Below are positions 1 through 8,999 of a DNA stretch of 64,000 nt, in pieces; position 1 is the stretch's first letter; each line of letters opens with the position of its first letter. This DNA is from Candidatus Sumerlaeia bacterium. Lineage in GTDB: Bacteria > Sumerlaeota > Sumerlaeia > SLMS01 > JANRJK01. The DNA is taken from NCBI GenBank assembly GCA_033764015.1, contig JANRJK010000013.1:160001-224000 (forward strand), in the 5' to 3' direction. The position numbers were made by a program, and so were the translations under genes. Under the pieces are notes generated by a model. It saw only the letters and a list, made by a program, of their open reading frames with translations, searched no databases and was not told the DNA's origin.

Positions 1-108
1 GACCCGAACGTCGACCCCGCAACGTGGGTGCTCGAGGACGAACGCGCCTACGGGGTGACTCGGCTGCGGTTCTATAGGCGGCAAGCTGCCACCTCCACCA
101 CGCCTTAG
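1..108 (+). CDS. rsmD: 3' end of probable 16S rRNA m2G966 methyltransferase RsmD (partial, runs off window)
   Basis: Frame 1 reads DPNVDPATWVLEDERAYGVTRLRFYRRQAATSTTP*. The R-x-YG-x-T-x-L-x-FY motif is typical of the RsmD C-terminus. Confidence 0.6.
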   Translation, partial: DPNVDPATWVLEDERAYGVTRLRFYRRQAATSTTP

Positions 109-112
109 GTGC

Positions 113-141
113 TTGCCCGGGCGCGGGAAGTCCGCTAGTAA
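113..141 (+). promoter_or_regulatory. Putative sigma70 promoter of the atuA-like operon
   Basis: TTGCCC (113-118), 17-nt spacer, TAGTAA (136-141). GGAAAGG RBS lies before the ATG at 199. Confidence 0.4.
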
Positions 142-198
142 ACCGTTCAAGCAGCACGAGACGGGCGCCTGCGCGGCGTCCCCACGGAAAGGCACGCC

Positions 199-1560
199 AT
201 GATCCGAATCGGCTCCGCACAGGGTTTCTGGGGCGACTGGCCGCAGGCGCCGGGGCTGCAGCTCCGCGGGGGTCCGCTCGATTTCCTGATCTTCGACTAT
301 CTGGCCGAAGTGACGATGAGCATCCTCGAGAAGCAGCGGCGCCGCGATCCCGCGCTGGGGTATGCGACGGACTTCGTGGCGACGATGCGCGAGCTGCTGC
401 CGGAGCTGCTGGACCGAAAGGTGCGCGTGGTGTCGTCGGCGGGGGGTGTGAACCCGCGGGCGTGCGCGGAGGCGGTGCTGGCGGCGGCGCGCGAGGTGGC
501 GCCGGGGCGTCCGCTCAAGGTGGCGGTGGTGCGCGGCGATTCGATCCTGGACCGGATCGGCGACTTCAAGCTGAAGGCGCTGGATCCTTCGGCGCCGCGG
601 CTGGACGAGGTGAGGGACCGGCTGCTGAGCGCGAACGTGTACTTCGGCGCCGAGCCGGTGGCGGAGGCGCTCCGCATGGGGGCCGACATCGTGATCACGG
701 GCCGCGTGACGGACACGGCGCTGGTGCTGGGGCCGCTGCTGGCGAGCTTCGACGTATCGCGGGACGACCACGACGCGCTGGCGCTGGGCGTCGTCGCGGG
801 GCACATCCTCGAATGCGGCGCTCAGTCCTCCGGCGGCAACTTCCTCGGGCGCTTCCTCGAGGTGGAGGAGATGGTCAAGATCGGCTTCCCGATCGCGGAG
901 TTCGCCGACCCGCACACGCTGGCGATCACGAAGCATCCGGGCCTCGGCGGCTGCGTGACGCGGCAGACGGTTTCCGAGCAGCTCCTTTACGAAATCGGCG
1001 ATCCGAAGGAATACCTCACGCCGGACGTGTCGGTGGACTTCACCTCGATCCGGCTGGAGGAAACGGGGCCGGACCGGGTGCGTGTGCATGGCGTGCAGGG
1101 CGGTCCGCCGCCGCCGATGCTGAAGGTGTCGTGCGCCTACGCGGACGGCTATGCGCTGTCGGGCACGCTGGTGTACACTTGGCCGGAGGCGGTGAAGAAG
1201 GCGCGCACGGCGGGCGAGTTGATCCGGCGGCGCGGCGAAACGCTCGGGCTGCGCTTCGACGATTTCCGCGTCGAGACCATCGGCTTCTACGCGTGCCACG
1301 AGGGCATGGTGGGGCCGCCGGCGGAGTCGAGCGAAGTGATGCTGCGCGTCGCCGTCCGCAGCCAGAGCCGCGAGGACCTGGACCGGTTGGGGCGCGAGCT
1401 GGTGCCGCTGGTGCTGACGGGTCCGCCGGGGGCGACGGGTTTCGCCGGCGGGCGTCCGCGGGCGCACGAGGTGCTCGCCTATTGGCCCGGACTGATCGCC
1501 CGCGACGCCGTCGCGCCGGTGGTCGAACTCCTCACCTCCGACACGAAGAGCGAGGCCTGA
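199..1560 (+). CDS. AtuA / DUF1446 family protein (acyclic terpene utilization-like)
   Basis: N-terminal IRIGSAQGFWGD, DYLAEVTMS, GADIVITGRVTD, AGHILECGAQSSGGNF and EQLLYEIGDP motifs. Confidence 0.9.
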   Translation: MIRIGSAQGFWGDWPQAPGLQLRGGPLDFLIFDYLAEVTMSILEKQRRRDPALGYATDFVATMRELLPELLDRKVRVVSSAGGVNPRACAEAVLAAAREVAPGRPLKVAVVRGDSILDRIGDFKLKALDPSAPRLDEVRDRLLSANVYFGAEPVAEALRMGADIVITGRVTDTALVLGPLLASFDVSRDDHDALALGVVAGHILECGAQSSGGNFLGRFLEVEEMVKIGFPIAEFADPHTLAITKHPGLGGCVTRQTVSEQLLYEIGDPKEYLTPDVSVDFTSIRLEETGPDRVRVHGVQGGPPPPMLKVSCAYADGYALSGTLVYTWPEAVKKARTAGELIRRRGETLGLRFDDFRVETIGFYACHEGMVGPPAESSEVMLRVAVRSQSREDLDRLGRELVPLVLTGPPGATGFAGGRPRAHEVLAYWPGLIARDAVAPVVELLTSDTKSEA

Positions 1561-1567
1561 ACGCGCC

Positions 1568-2767
1568 ATGTCCCGACGCATCGCACTGCTAGCACTGGCC
1601 CACGGCCGATCCGGCGACAAGGGGGACGCGGTCAACATCGGCGTGATCGCCCGCGACCCGCGCTGGTACGAGTTCCTCCGCTCGGAGCTGGACACCTACA
1701 AGGTCGCGCGCTTCCTGCGCCACATGGCGGACGGCCCGGTGACGCGCTACGAACTGCCCAACCTGCACGCGCTGAACTTCCTGGTGGACGGCGCGCTGGC
1801 GGGGGGCGGGTCCGTGGGGTTGAAGATCGACGCCCAGGGGAAGACCTACGCGCACGCGCTGCTGCGCTATCCGGTGGACGTGCCGAACGACCTGTTCGCG
1901 GAGATCGAGGAGCACTTCGGCGGCGACATTCCTCGCGAGTGCTTCTACTACGCCACGCAGCCCGTGGTGAAGGGCGAGGAGCTGGTGCTGTCGGAGGAGG
2001 ACGACCGCGTGCGGTCGATCCGGCTGAACCGCCCCGCGCTGCGTAACGCGCTCACGGTGCCGATGATGCAGGAGGTGGACCGCCTGGTGCGGCAGGCGAC
2101 CGGGATGCCCGGCGCGCGCGACAAGGTGGTGGTGCTTTCGGGCGAGGGGCCCTCGTTCTGCGCGGGGATGGACCTGAAGGCGCTTCGGGCGCTCAAGCGC
2201 GACTACGTGGCGTATCGGGGCGTGGCCGAGTCGCTGTACGCGATGCTGGCGGCGCTGATCGAGTCGCCGCTGCCGGTGGTCTGCGCGGTGAAGGGCGACG
2301 CGATGGGCGGGGGCGCGGCGCTGATGCTGGCCAGCGACATCGTAGTGGCCAACGAGTCCGCGCGGATCGCCATGCCGGAGACGCGGATTGGCTTCATCCC
2401 GGCGATGGTGTCGGTGCTGGCGATGCGGCGCATGCCGCCCTCCGCCGCGCGCGAGCTTCTCATCAGCGGACGTTCGATCAGCGCGCGGGACGCGCACTCG
2501 CTTGGCATCGTGCACCACTTGGTGGACGGCGACCCGGTGGCGTACGCGACGGTGCTGGCGCAGCGGCTGGTGGCGGAGAACTCGCACGACGCCATGGCGC
2601 GCACGAAGGACCTGCTGCGCATCACATCGGAGGCGACGCTGCTGAACGACCTGCGGCTGACCATCGGCTTCTTCGCCGGCGCCGCCACCCGCGCCAGCTT
2701 CGACTCAGGTATGGAAGCATTCGCGAAGAAGCAGGCGCTGGATTGGTCGCATGACCTGAGGGAGTAG
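1568..2767 (+). CDS. Fusion of small AtuA-partner domain and enoyl-CoA hydratase/isomerase (crotonase)
   Basis: N-terminal ~105 aa AHGRSGDKGD...YELPNLHALNF...DAQGKTYA. C-terminal LNRPALRNAL, SFCAGMDL, AMGGG and MPETRIGFIP crotonase motifs. Confidence 0.85.
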   Translation: MSRRIALLALAHGRSGDKGDAVNIGVIARDPRWYEFLRSELDTYKVARFLRHMADGPVTRYELPNLHALNFLVDGALAGGGSVGLKIDAQGKTYAHALLRYPVDVPNDLFAEIEEHFGGDIPRECFYYATQPVVKGEELVLSEEDDRVRSIRLNRPALRNALTVPMMQEVDRLVRQATGMPGARDKVVVLSGEGPSFCAGMDLKALRALKRDYVAYRGVAESLYAMLAALIESPLPVVCAVKGDAMGGGAALMLASDIVVANESARIAMPETRIGFIPAMVSVLAMRRMPPSAARELLISGRSISARDAHSLGIVHHLVDGDPVAYATVLAQRLVAENSHDAMARTKDLLRITSEATLLNDLRLTIGFFAGAATRASFDSGMEAFAKKQALDWSHDLRE

Positions 2768-2941
2768 CGGGGGAGCGGGCACCGCGTCGGGCTTACCAGT
2801 AAGTGGAGTTTCGATACAGCCGGACTGCGATTTGCGAAGTCCGACGTGTGATTCTCATTCACGAGACGGTGAGTTTGGCACGGGCCCCGCGCGAATGAAG
2901 CCTGCAAGGTTGCGCAAGAGCAGCCCCGCCGCGCGGACCTT

Positions 2942-3244
2942 CTACTTCTTGGGGTCCTTGTCGCGAAAGGCGCGGATCACGTCGCAGCTCGTACCCGGGA
3001 TTCCGAAGCGTTCGCGGAGGCGCGCCGCCAGCAACACGAAGGGCTCCCACAGACACTCGACGCGCTCGTGCTCGCGCCCGCGGAGCCACGTGGCGGCGGC
3101 ATCGACGATGGTCTGCTCCTCGAAGAGGCTCGGCACATGCACGTAGCCGGAAAGGTAGCCGAGCACACGGCCCGGGAGCTGGTTCTCCGGCACGTCGGCA
3201 GTGGCTGGCGTAGAGTTCGGCGACACCATCAGCACGCGCTTGGT
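2942..3244 (-). pseudogene. Truncated N-terminal fragment of an ATP-grasp family protein
   Basis: RVLMVSP...HVPSLFEE...RVECLWEPFVLLAARLRERFGIPG...FRDKDPKK* resembles the pre-ATP-grasp N-domain. It stops right after the RDK motif, where the grasp domain would begin. Confidence 0.55.
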
Positions 3245-3338
3245 CGGATGGGCCTTCGTGCGGAGTGCGCCCATGCCACGGATGGCAGGCGCGCACCTTC
3301 AAGCCGCGTCGCGCGGAGGCGGGAGGAGGGCGGGGCGG

Positions 3339-4709
3339 TTATGGGTTCACTACGAGCCTGAAGCCGTTCTTGGGCGCGCTGGCGGTGGGCGAGAAGACGC
3401 TTCTCGCCCCCGGCTCGCACTCCTCGGGCGAGGAGCCAAAGTGCCCGCCGCGGAAAATCTGTGGGATCTCGCTTGGGGATATCGGACGATCATCTCCCCG
3501 TTCCAACGCTTCGAACCCATCGCGGCACAGCTCCTGCACGTTTCCGTGCATGTCGTGCAGGCCCCAGGTGTTGGCTTCCTTCAGCCCAACCTCGCGCGTG
3601 CCCTCGTTGATGGGCAGTCCACACCAGCCGACCCGGGCCAAGTCCGCCTCCGAGTCGCCGGAGTGGAACCTCGTCGCCGTCCCCGCTCGGCAGGCGTACT
3701 CCCACTGCGCCTCGGTGGGGAGGTGGATGGTTTGCACACCGGTCTGGCGGCGCACCGCGGCGAGGTATCCGCCGGGCGGCCAGACGTCCCCGAGGGACAC
3801 CGTGTCAACCGGGCGGCGGGCACCTTCGTAGTTCGAATCTCCGCTCCACGGCCCCATCACCGCGCGCCACTGGGCTTGCGTCACCTCGGTCTCCGACATC
3901 CAGAAGCCGCTAACGGATGCCGCTTCCGTCGCGATCTCGCCGGGAGGACACCATCGCCATGCCATGGGGACTCCGCCCGCCAGTTCCACGACCACGCGTT
4001 CTCCGGGCTCGGATCCGGGGCGCCCCAACTTCGAGGACCACTGCTCACGCATGCGGAGCCGCTCCTCGCGCTTCGCCGCGCCGAGGTCCGCCACTTCCCC
4101 GCTCAGTACGTTCACGAGGTACTCTGCATCGAACTCCTCCTCGATGCGGATCTTGAATCCCGTCTCGTGTCCCGGTATCGAAACCTGGGCGTCGTAATCC
4201 CCGACGGGGATCGCCCGGATGCGCCAATCCGGGCGCTTCTTGCCGCCGGTCACTTTGGTGCCGACCCCGAGCTTTGGAATCGAGATGTCGGCGTCGTTCG
4301 GAATTGTCCGGATCAGCAAGCTCCCCGTCTGCGCTTGGAGGGTTCTTCCAAGCACCTCCCCTTCCTGACTCACTGTGATATCGGGAGTGAAGACATTCGC
4401 ATTGATGACTGCGACCTCGTCGGCGCGCACTTCAGCGAAGAACGACTGGGGATGGAGCCCCTCCTTCATCAGTCGGACCTCGTGCCTGCCAGGGGGGATG
4501 TCCGCAATGACCAATCCGAACCCGCCCTGGGGGGTCATCCCCTTCGCTTGGCCGTTGAGGAGCACCTCCAGCCCGGGGGCACCCGTGACCACCAGGTAGC
4601 CTGCTTCGGCCGGCTCGCCGGCAATGCCGGAAGCCGTCAACACTCCTGCCGCAAGTGCGGCCGCCGCGATGCCCAGCAGGCGCCGAATGGAACCTTGGTG
4701 CTTCGTCAT
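3339..4709 (-). CDS. Secreted PEGA-like + formylglycine-generating enzyme (SUMF1/FGE-sulfatase) domain protein
   Basis: Signal peptide MTKHQGSIRRLLGIAAAALAAG; FWMSETEVTQAQW, LPTEAQWEYACRAG, ANTWGLHDMHGNV and GFRLV motifs. Start reassigned to the ATG at 4709. Confidence 0.85.
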   Translation of the reverse strand: MTKHQGSIRRLLGIAAAALAAGVLTASGIAGEPAEAGYLVVTGAPGLEVLLNGQAKGMTPQGGFGLVIADIPPGRHEVRLMKEGLHPQSFFAEVRADEVAVINANVFTPDITVSQEGEVLGRTLQAQTGSLLIRTIPNDADISIPKLGVGTKVTGGKKRPDWRIRAIPVGDYDAQVSIPGHETGFKIRIEEEFDAEYLVNVLSGEVADLGAAKREERLRMREQWSSKLGRPGSEPGERVVVELAGGVPMAWRWCPPGEIATEAASVSGFWMSETEVTQAQWRAVMGPWSGDSNYEGARRPVDTVSLGDVWPPGGYLAAVRRQTGVQTIHLPTEAQWEYACRAGTATRFHSGDSEADLARVGWCGLPINEGTREVGLKEANTWGLHDMHGNVQELCRDGFEALERGDDRPISPSEIPQIFRGGHFGSSPEECEPGARSVFSPTASAPKNGFRLVVNP

Positions 4710-4892
4710 CGGTATCTTCCCTTTGGCCGTCCATCGAGTTGAACCCCATCCCGGCACTCGATCCGGGACGCTGTTCATCGCCAACATGTGTTGCAGCATC
4801 GAATCGGCCCCGCAAGCCCCGTTCCCCCCCAGCGCTTCCCCTTGCGCCCCGCGCCCACATTCGCTTTTCCTTCTCCAAAGGGGGATGCGGCC

Positions 4893-5219
4893 ATGGGGCG
4901 GACGGTGCCGACGTTCAACATGTCGCTCGAGCGCGAGGTGGCGGGGTGGCAGCCGTTCCGGCGGGCGTTGCGGGCGGAGGACCGGGCGGCGTTCGACCGG
5001 TTGTTTTCGCTCGCCCGGGCGCATATGGCGGAGTGCGCGGCGGCCGCGAGGCCGGTGCCGTTCGACGCGCTGGTGCTGTCGGTGCTGCTGGAGCAGCAGA
5101 AAGAGATCGAGCGGTTGCGGGCGCTGGTGGAGGGGGCCGGTCAGGGCGCGGCGGGGCCGGGGCCTTCGAGCAGCACGACGGCGACCGCCATGCCGCGGGA
5201 GTGCGACAGCGAGACGTGA
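4893..5219 (+). CDS. Small conserved helical protein (MGRTVPT... family, arCOG07300-like, usually PolB2-associated)
   Basis: MGRTVPTFNMSLEREVAGWQPFRRALRAEDRAAFDRLF...PFDALVLSVLLEQQKEIERL, with a GGGGG RBS upstream. Confidence 0.7.
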   Translation: MGRTVPTFNMSLEREVAGWQPFRRALRAEDRAAFDRLFSLARAHMAECAAAARPVPFDALVLSVLLEQQKEIERLRALVEGAGQGAAGPGPSSSTTATAMPRECDSET

Positions 5220-5536
5220 CAGCGGTCGGCGCCGCGGCGCGCGGCGAGTTCCGCGGCGACGCCGTGGAGCCGCAGGACCGGTTCGCCGCCGGGCAGGTTC
5301 TCGATCTCGATCTCGCGCCACTTCAAGTTGCCGGTGAAGCCGGTGCCGACGGCCTTGCTGAAGGCCTCCTTGGCGGCGAAGCGGGCGGCGTAATGGAGCG
5401 CGGGCGTGTGGCGCCCTTCGCAGTAGGCCTGCTCGCCGTCCGTGAAGAGGCGCGCCTTCATGCGTTCCGGATGGCGGCCCAGCGCTTCCGTGATGCGCTC
5501 CGCTTCGATCAGGTCCACACCCACGCCGACCACCAT
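5141..5536 (-). CDS. acpS: Holo-[acyl-carrier-protein] synthase
   Basis: GVGVDLIE, AARFAAKEAFSKAVGTG and HVSLSHS motifs. The ATG overlaps the upstream stop (TGATG). Confidence 0.95.
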   Translation of the reverse strand: MVVGVGVDLIEAERITEALGRHPERMKARLFTDGEQAYCEGRHTPALHYAARFAAKEAFSKAVGTGFTGNLKWREIEIENLPGGEPVLRLHGVAAELAARRGADRCHVSLSHSRGMAVAVVLLEGPGPAAP

Positions 5537-7662
5537 CAGGGCTTCTCCTCGAGGAGGCGCCCGATGAGTGCGAGGCGCCGCTCGACCAGTTCCTCCATTT
5601 GGGCGCCCCCGCGCAAGCGCCGGCAGCGGAGGAACGCGTCGCGGGCCTCGGGCAGGCGGTGGAGGCCGAGGAGCGCCTCGGCGAACTGGGCGCCGTGGGC
5701 GGCGTTGTCGGGATCGAGGCGGAGCGCCCACTCGGCGGCGGCGAGCGCCTCGGGGAAGCGGGCGGCGAGGTTCAGGTTCTCCGCCAGGAGAGCGAACGCG
5801 GAGGCGTCCGCGGGGTTGGCCTGGCACAGGGTGGCGGCGGCGGCGAGCGCGAGGGCCGGTTCGCCTTCCCAGCCGCCGCGGCGGGCCGCCTCTCGGAGCA
5901 GGAACGTGTTCGAGGGGAAGCGTTCGAGCGCGGAGCGGAGTTGCGCCGGCGAGGGGTTGTCGGTCGCGAGGCCGGCGGCTCCGGCGAGGAAGCGGCGCAC
6001 CGCCGCGCGCGTCTCGCGCGAACCGTCCGGAACCAGGAAGAGCGGCTGTTCGCCCGCGGCCCAGGCGGCGACCGTGGGCGCGAGGCCGCGCTTGCCGCGG
6101 AGCGCGTCCGCCGCGAGCGCGGCGGGGTTCGCGAGTGCGTAGCCCCCCGCGGCGGCGTCGTCGCCCGCGAGGTCGATGCCGGGCGTCTCGGCGGGCCATA
6201 GGAGCGTCGCGTCGGCGCGTGCGCGGGCCTCGCGCACCACGAGTCCGGTGATGGCGAGGAACAGCGCGGGCGACTGGTCGCGGCCCAGCCGGGGCGCGCC
6301 GGCGAGCGCGGCGTCGAGCAGCTCGAGCGCGGGCAGCCCGCGCGCCTCCTGCGGCAGCGTCGCGCGGAACGCGGAATCGAGCGACGCGTCGAGCAGCGCT
6401 CCGAGCGAATCCATGAGCGCGGGCTCCGGCAGCGCGGCGAGGCGCCACTGCCGCGCCTGGCGCTCGACGAGTCCCGGCGGCGCCGCCTCCTCCAACGCGG
6501 CGTCGAGCAGCGGGACGATCCGCCCCCAGCGGTCGCGGAAGAACGCGTCGCGGGCGCCAAGTCCGTCGGTCGCGGCGGAGAGCGCGGCGGCGTCGGCGAG
6601 GAAGAGCGTGGCGGCGTCCTTGGCGGGGAACCCGGCGATGTACGCGACCTGGCCCTGCGATGCGCCGAGCGCGGCCACGGGCCACGCGCAAAGCGTCCGT
6701 TCGGGGCCGTCCGCGGCGAGATCGCGCCCCATCAGCGTTCCGGTGTCGACGCCGCGGCGCGGCTTGCGGATCCAGAACAGCGTGCTGCCGGTCGCGGCGG
6801 GGGAGAGGTCGATCCCGTCGAGCGTCCGCGTGAGCGGTTCGAGCACCCGTCCGTCCTCCACCTCGAGAAGCGGCGCGGGGTCGGGGTCGATCTGGTAGTC
6901 GAGCCGCAGGTGCGCCCACTGGAGGTCCGCCTCCGGCAGCGTGCCGAGCGCGGCGAAGCGCGCGGCGTCCCAGGCGGGCGACTCCTCGGCGAGCGTTTCG
7001 AGCGGCAGCAGCGTCGGGAGCACGTAGATGCGGCGCTCCGTCCCCGCCTGCCAGTCGATGATCTCGCGCTGGAGCAGCAGCGAATCCGCGGTTCGCCACG
7101 CCGCGACGCGGAGGTCGCGGTTGGGCGGGCTGTAGCGCGCGAGCGGCGCGAGATCCGCGGAGTCGAGCACGAGCACTTCCGGCGACTCGTTGCGGACCAC
7201 CAGGACGCGGGCGCCGGAGGCGTCCGCGGCGAGCGTCGAGACGCGCCCGTCGAGTATGCGCTGGCCGGAGCGCGCCTCGATGAGGCCGTCCGCGCCGCCA
7301 AGGAGCACGCGCGCCGTGGCGCCGGGCATCGGCAGCACTTCGAACGGGCCCTGCGACGGGTCCAACGTCGCGATCGTTACCCCGATGGGCTGCGTTCGCG
7401 GAGCCGGCCAGTCGGCTGGCGGCGCGGGGAGCGGTGCCAAGTCGTCCGGAAGCGGCACGCGCCGGTACACAAGCTCACCGTCGCGCAGCAAGGCGACCGA
7501 ATCGGTCGTCAGCGCCTCGCCGCGGGCGACCAGGTCCGCCACCCCGGCCGGCTCGCCGGGCGCGCCAAGGGCGGAGGCGGATAGCCAGGCGGCGGCGAGG
7601 GCGTGCTTAGTACGGCGGCTTGCCGTCTTCCTCGTCGTCGTCGTCGTCACCGGCCAGCCCAT
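5536..7662 (-). CDS. Hypothetical exported protein with beta-rich N-terminal part and C-terminal TPRs (start uncertain)
   Basis: Long ORF with strong GC3 bias; C-terminal TPR-like EALAAAEWALRLDPDNAAHGAQFAEALLGL; translationally coupled to acpS. Confidence 0.7.
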   Translation of the reverse strand: MGWPVTTTTTRKTASRRTKHALAAAWLSASALGAPGEPAGVADLVARGEALTTDSVALLRDGELVYRRVPLPDDLAPLPAPPADWPAPRTQPIGVTIATLDPSQGPFEVLPMPGATARVLLGGADGLIEARSGQRILDGRVSTLAADASGARVLVVRNESPEVLVLDSADLAPLARYSPPNRDLRVAAWRTADSLLLQREIIDWQAGTERRIYVLPTLLPLETLAEESPAWDAARFAALGTLPEADLQWAHLRLDYQIDPDPAPLLEVEDGRVLEPLTRTLDGIDLSPAATGSTLFWIRKPRRGVDTGTLMGRDLAADGPERTLCAWPVAALGASQGQVAYIAGFPAKDAATLFLADAAALSAATDGLGARDAFFRDRWGRIVPLLDAALEEAAPPGLVERQARQWRLAALPEPALMDSLGALLDASLDSAFRATLPQEARGLPALELLDAALAGAPRLGRDQSPALFLAITGLVVREARARADATLLWPAETPGIDLAGDDAAAGGYALANPAALAADALRGKRGLAPTVAAWAAGEQPLFLVPDGSRETRAAVRRFLAGAAGLATDNPSPAQLRSALERFPSNTFLLREAARRGGWEGEPALALAAAATLCQANPADASAFALLAENLNLAARFPEALAAAEWALRLDPDNAAHGAQFAEALLGLHRLPEARDAFLRCRRLRGGAQMEELVERRLALIGRLLEEKP

Positions 7663-8614
7663 CCTCGAAAACCTCGTCGTCCTCTTGGTCCTCTTCCGTC
7701 AGCTCCGCGCCGAGCCCTTCGAGGAATCGGCGCATCTCCTCCTCCGGCGACACCTCGCGGACGGCCCCCTTCACGCGCTGGTCCGTGCCGCCCGACTCGA
7801 CGAACTCGAGACCCTCCTCGCCGAGGATCGCCTCGACCGCTTCGAGCAGGAAACCCTCCGGCGCGCCTTCCTTGAGGCGCCCCATCTTGAGCGCGTAGCG
7901 GACGATGTGGACGCCGTCGCGGCTGGTGAAGGGCAGGTTGCGGCGATGGGCCTTCTGGAGGAAGTCCGTGACGTACTCGAGCAGCGAGTCCGGCGCGAGC
8001 GGCACCGCGAAGTGCAGGATCTCCAGCTCCTCCTGGCGCGACGGGAAGCCCACCTCGATGATCGGCTTCAGGCGCGACTGGATGTACTCGGGCACGTCGT
8101 AGGTCGACGTGTCCTCGTTCATGGTGACGCAAATCCGGAAGTCCGGCGCGGCGGGGATCTTGATGCCGGCGACGATGGACTCGACGTAGCGGCGGGCGTC
8201 AAGCAGCGGCGCCAGCGACGCCCAGCTCTTTTCGCCCATGCGGTTCGCTTCGTCCAGGATGCAGACCCCTCCGACGATCATCGCGGTCACCAGGCCGCTG
8301 GCGTGGTACGCGACGCGCCCCTCCGCGTTGAGCACCGGCGTCACGAGTAGGTCCTCGGGCCGGGTGTCCATGGTGCACTGCACGATGAAGACCGGGCGGC
8401 CGAGCTGGCGCGCGACGGAGTAGCCGAGCGTGGTCTTGCCGACGCCGGGCTTGCCGACAACGCGCGGGTTGAGCGGCACATCGCCCTCGCCGATCACCAG
8501 CCACGAAGCAAGGAGCTGTTCGAGCACCTCGCGCGAGCCGATCCAGCGCAGCGGTAGCGAATCCTCCACCGCGAGCGTGAGTTCGACGCCTTCAATCGTG
8601 TGTTTGCGGGTCAT
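7607..8614 (-). CDS. MoxR-like (CbbQ/NorQ/GvpN-type) AAA+ ATPase with acidic tail
   Basis: Walker A GKPGVGKTT, Walker B ILDEANR, FRICVTMN and YIQSRL; D/E-rich C-terminus. Confidence 0.9.
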   Translation of the reverse strand: MTRKHTIEGVELTLAVEDSLPLRWIGSREVLEQLLASWLVIGEGDVPLNPRVVGKPGVGKTTLGYSVARQLGRPVFIVQCTMDTRPEDLLVTPVLNAEGRVAYHASGLVTAMIVGGVCILDEANRMGEKSWASLAPLLDARRYVESIVAGIKIPAAPDFRICVTMNEDTSTYDVPEYIQSRLKPIIEVGFPSRQEELEILHFAVPLAPDSLLEYVTDFLQKAHRRNLPFTSRDGVHIVRYALKMGRLKEGAPEGFLLEAVEAILGEEGLEFVESGGTDQRVKGAVREVSPEEEMRRFLEGLGAELTEEDQEDDEVFEDGLAGDDDDDEEDGKPPY

Positions 8615-8693
8615 GCGGGCCTCCGGACCGGATCAGTCCGGGGCAAGGGCACCACGGCGGGCGCGGGGTGGCAAGGGAGCGCTTGCCCGGCGA

Positions 8694-8870
8694 TCAGCGC
8701 AGGGCGCGCTCGAACACCTCGAAGCAGCGGTAGCCGAACTCGCGGGCGGCTCGCTGCTGGTCGGGGTAGCCGAACGCGTCCTCCCAGCCTTCCTGCCCGG
8801 CGCGCGCCAAGCGCAGTCCCAGACGAAGCGGAAGGAAACCGCGCCGGGGTTGACGACGAGCTTCCCGTTC
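8694..8870 (-). pseudogene. Frameshifted duplicate of the 3' end of the gene at 10479-10916
   Basis: VVNPGAVSFRFVWDCAWRA / GQEGWEDAFGYPDQQRAAREFGYRCFEVFERALR* is split across two frames by 2 extra nt. Confidence 0.85.
8716..8789. repeat. 74-bp perfect direct repeat, copy 1 (copy 2 at 10501-10574)
   Basis: acctcgaagcagcggtagcc...cgcgtcctcccagcc is identical in both places, with diverged similarity extending ~70 bp further. Confidence 0.95.
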
Positions 8871-8943
8871 CAACCCCGACGGCAGTGGATCGAGCTGAAA
8901 GGAGCATCGAGATCGCCCACTTGAAGAGTCGACAGATCCAACG

Positions 8944-8978
8944 AAAAAAACCTTGACGGGGGGGGGGAGGGGCACGAT
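8944..8978 (+). promoter_or_regulatory. Putative promoter with A-tract, -35 TTGACG and G10 homopolymer spacer
   Basis: AAAAAAA CC TTGACG (8953-8958), G run 8958-8967, CACGAT (8973-8978). Confidence 0.45.
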
Positions 8979-8999
8979 GCCCTTAGAAAGGACAAGCTT

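Noticed and set aside
2848..2864. CRP-like site TGTGA...TCACG
   Set aside because: The spacer is 7 nt rather than 6, and it lies between convergent 3' ends.
3339..3480. FGE-sulfatase C-terminus as a DGR variable region
   Set aside because: No matching template repeat and no reverse transcriptase were seen in the window.
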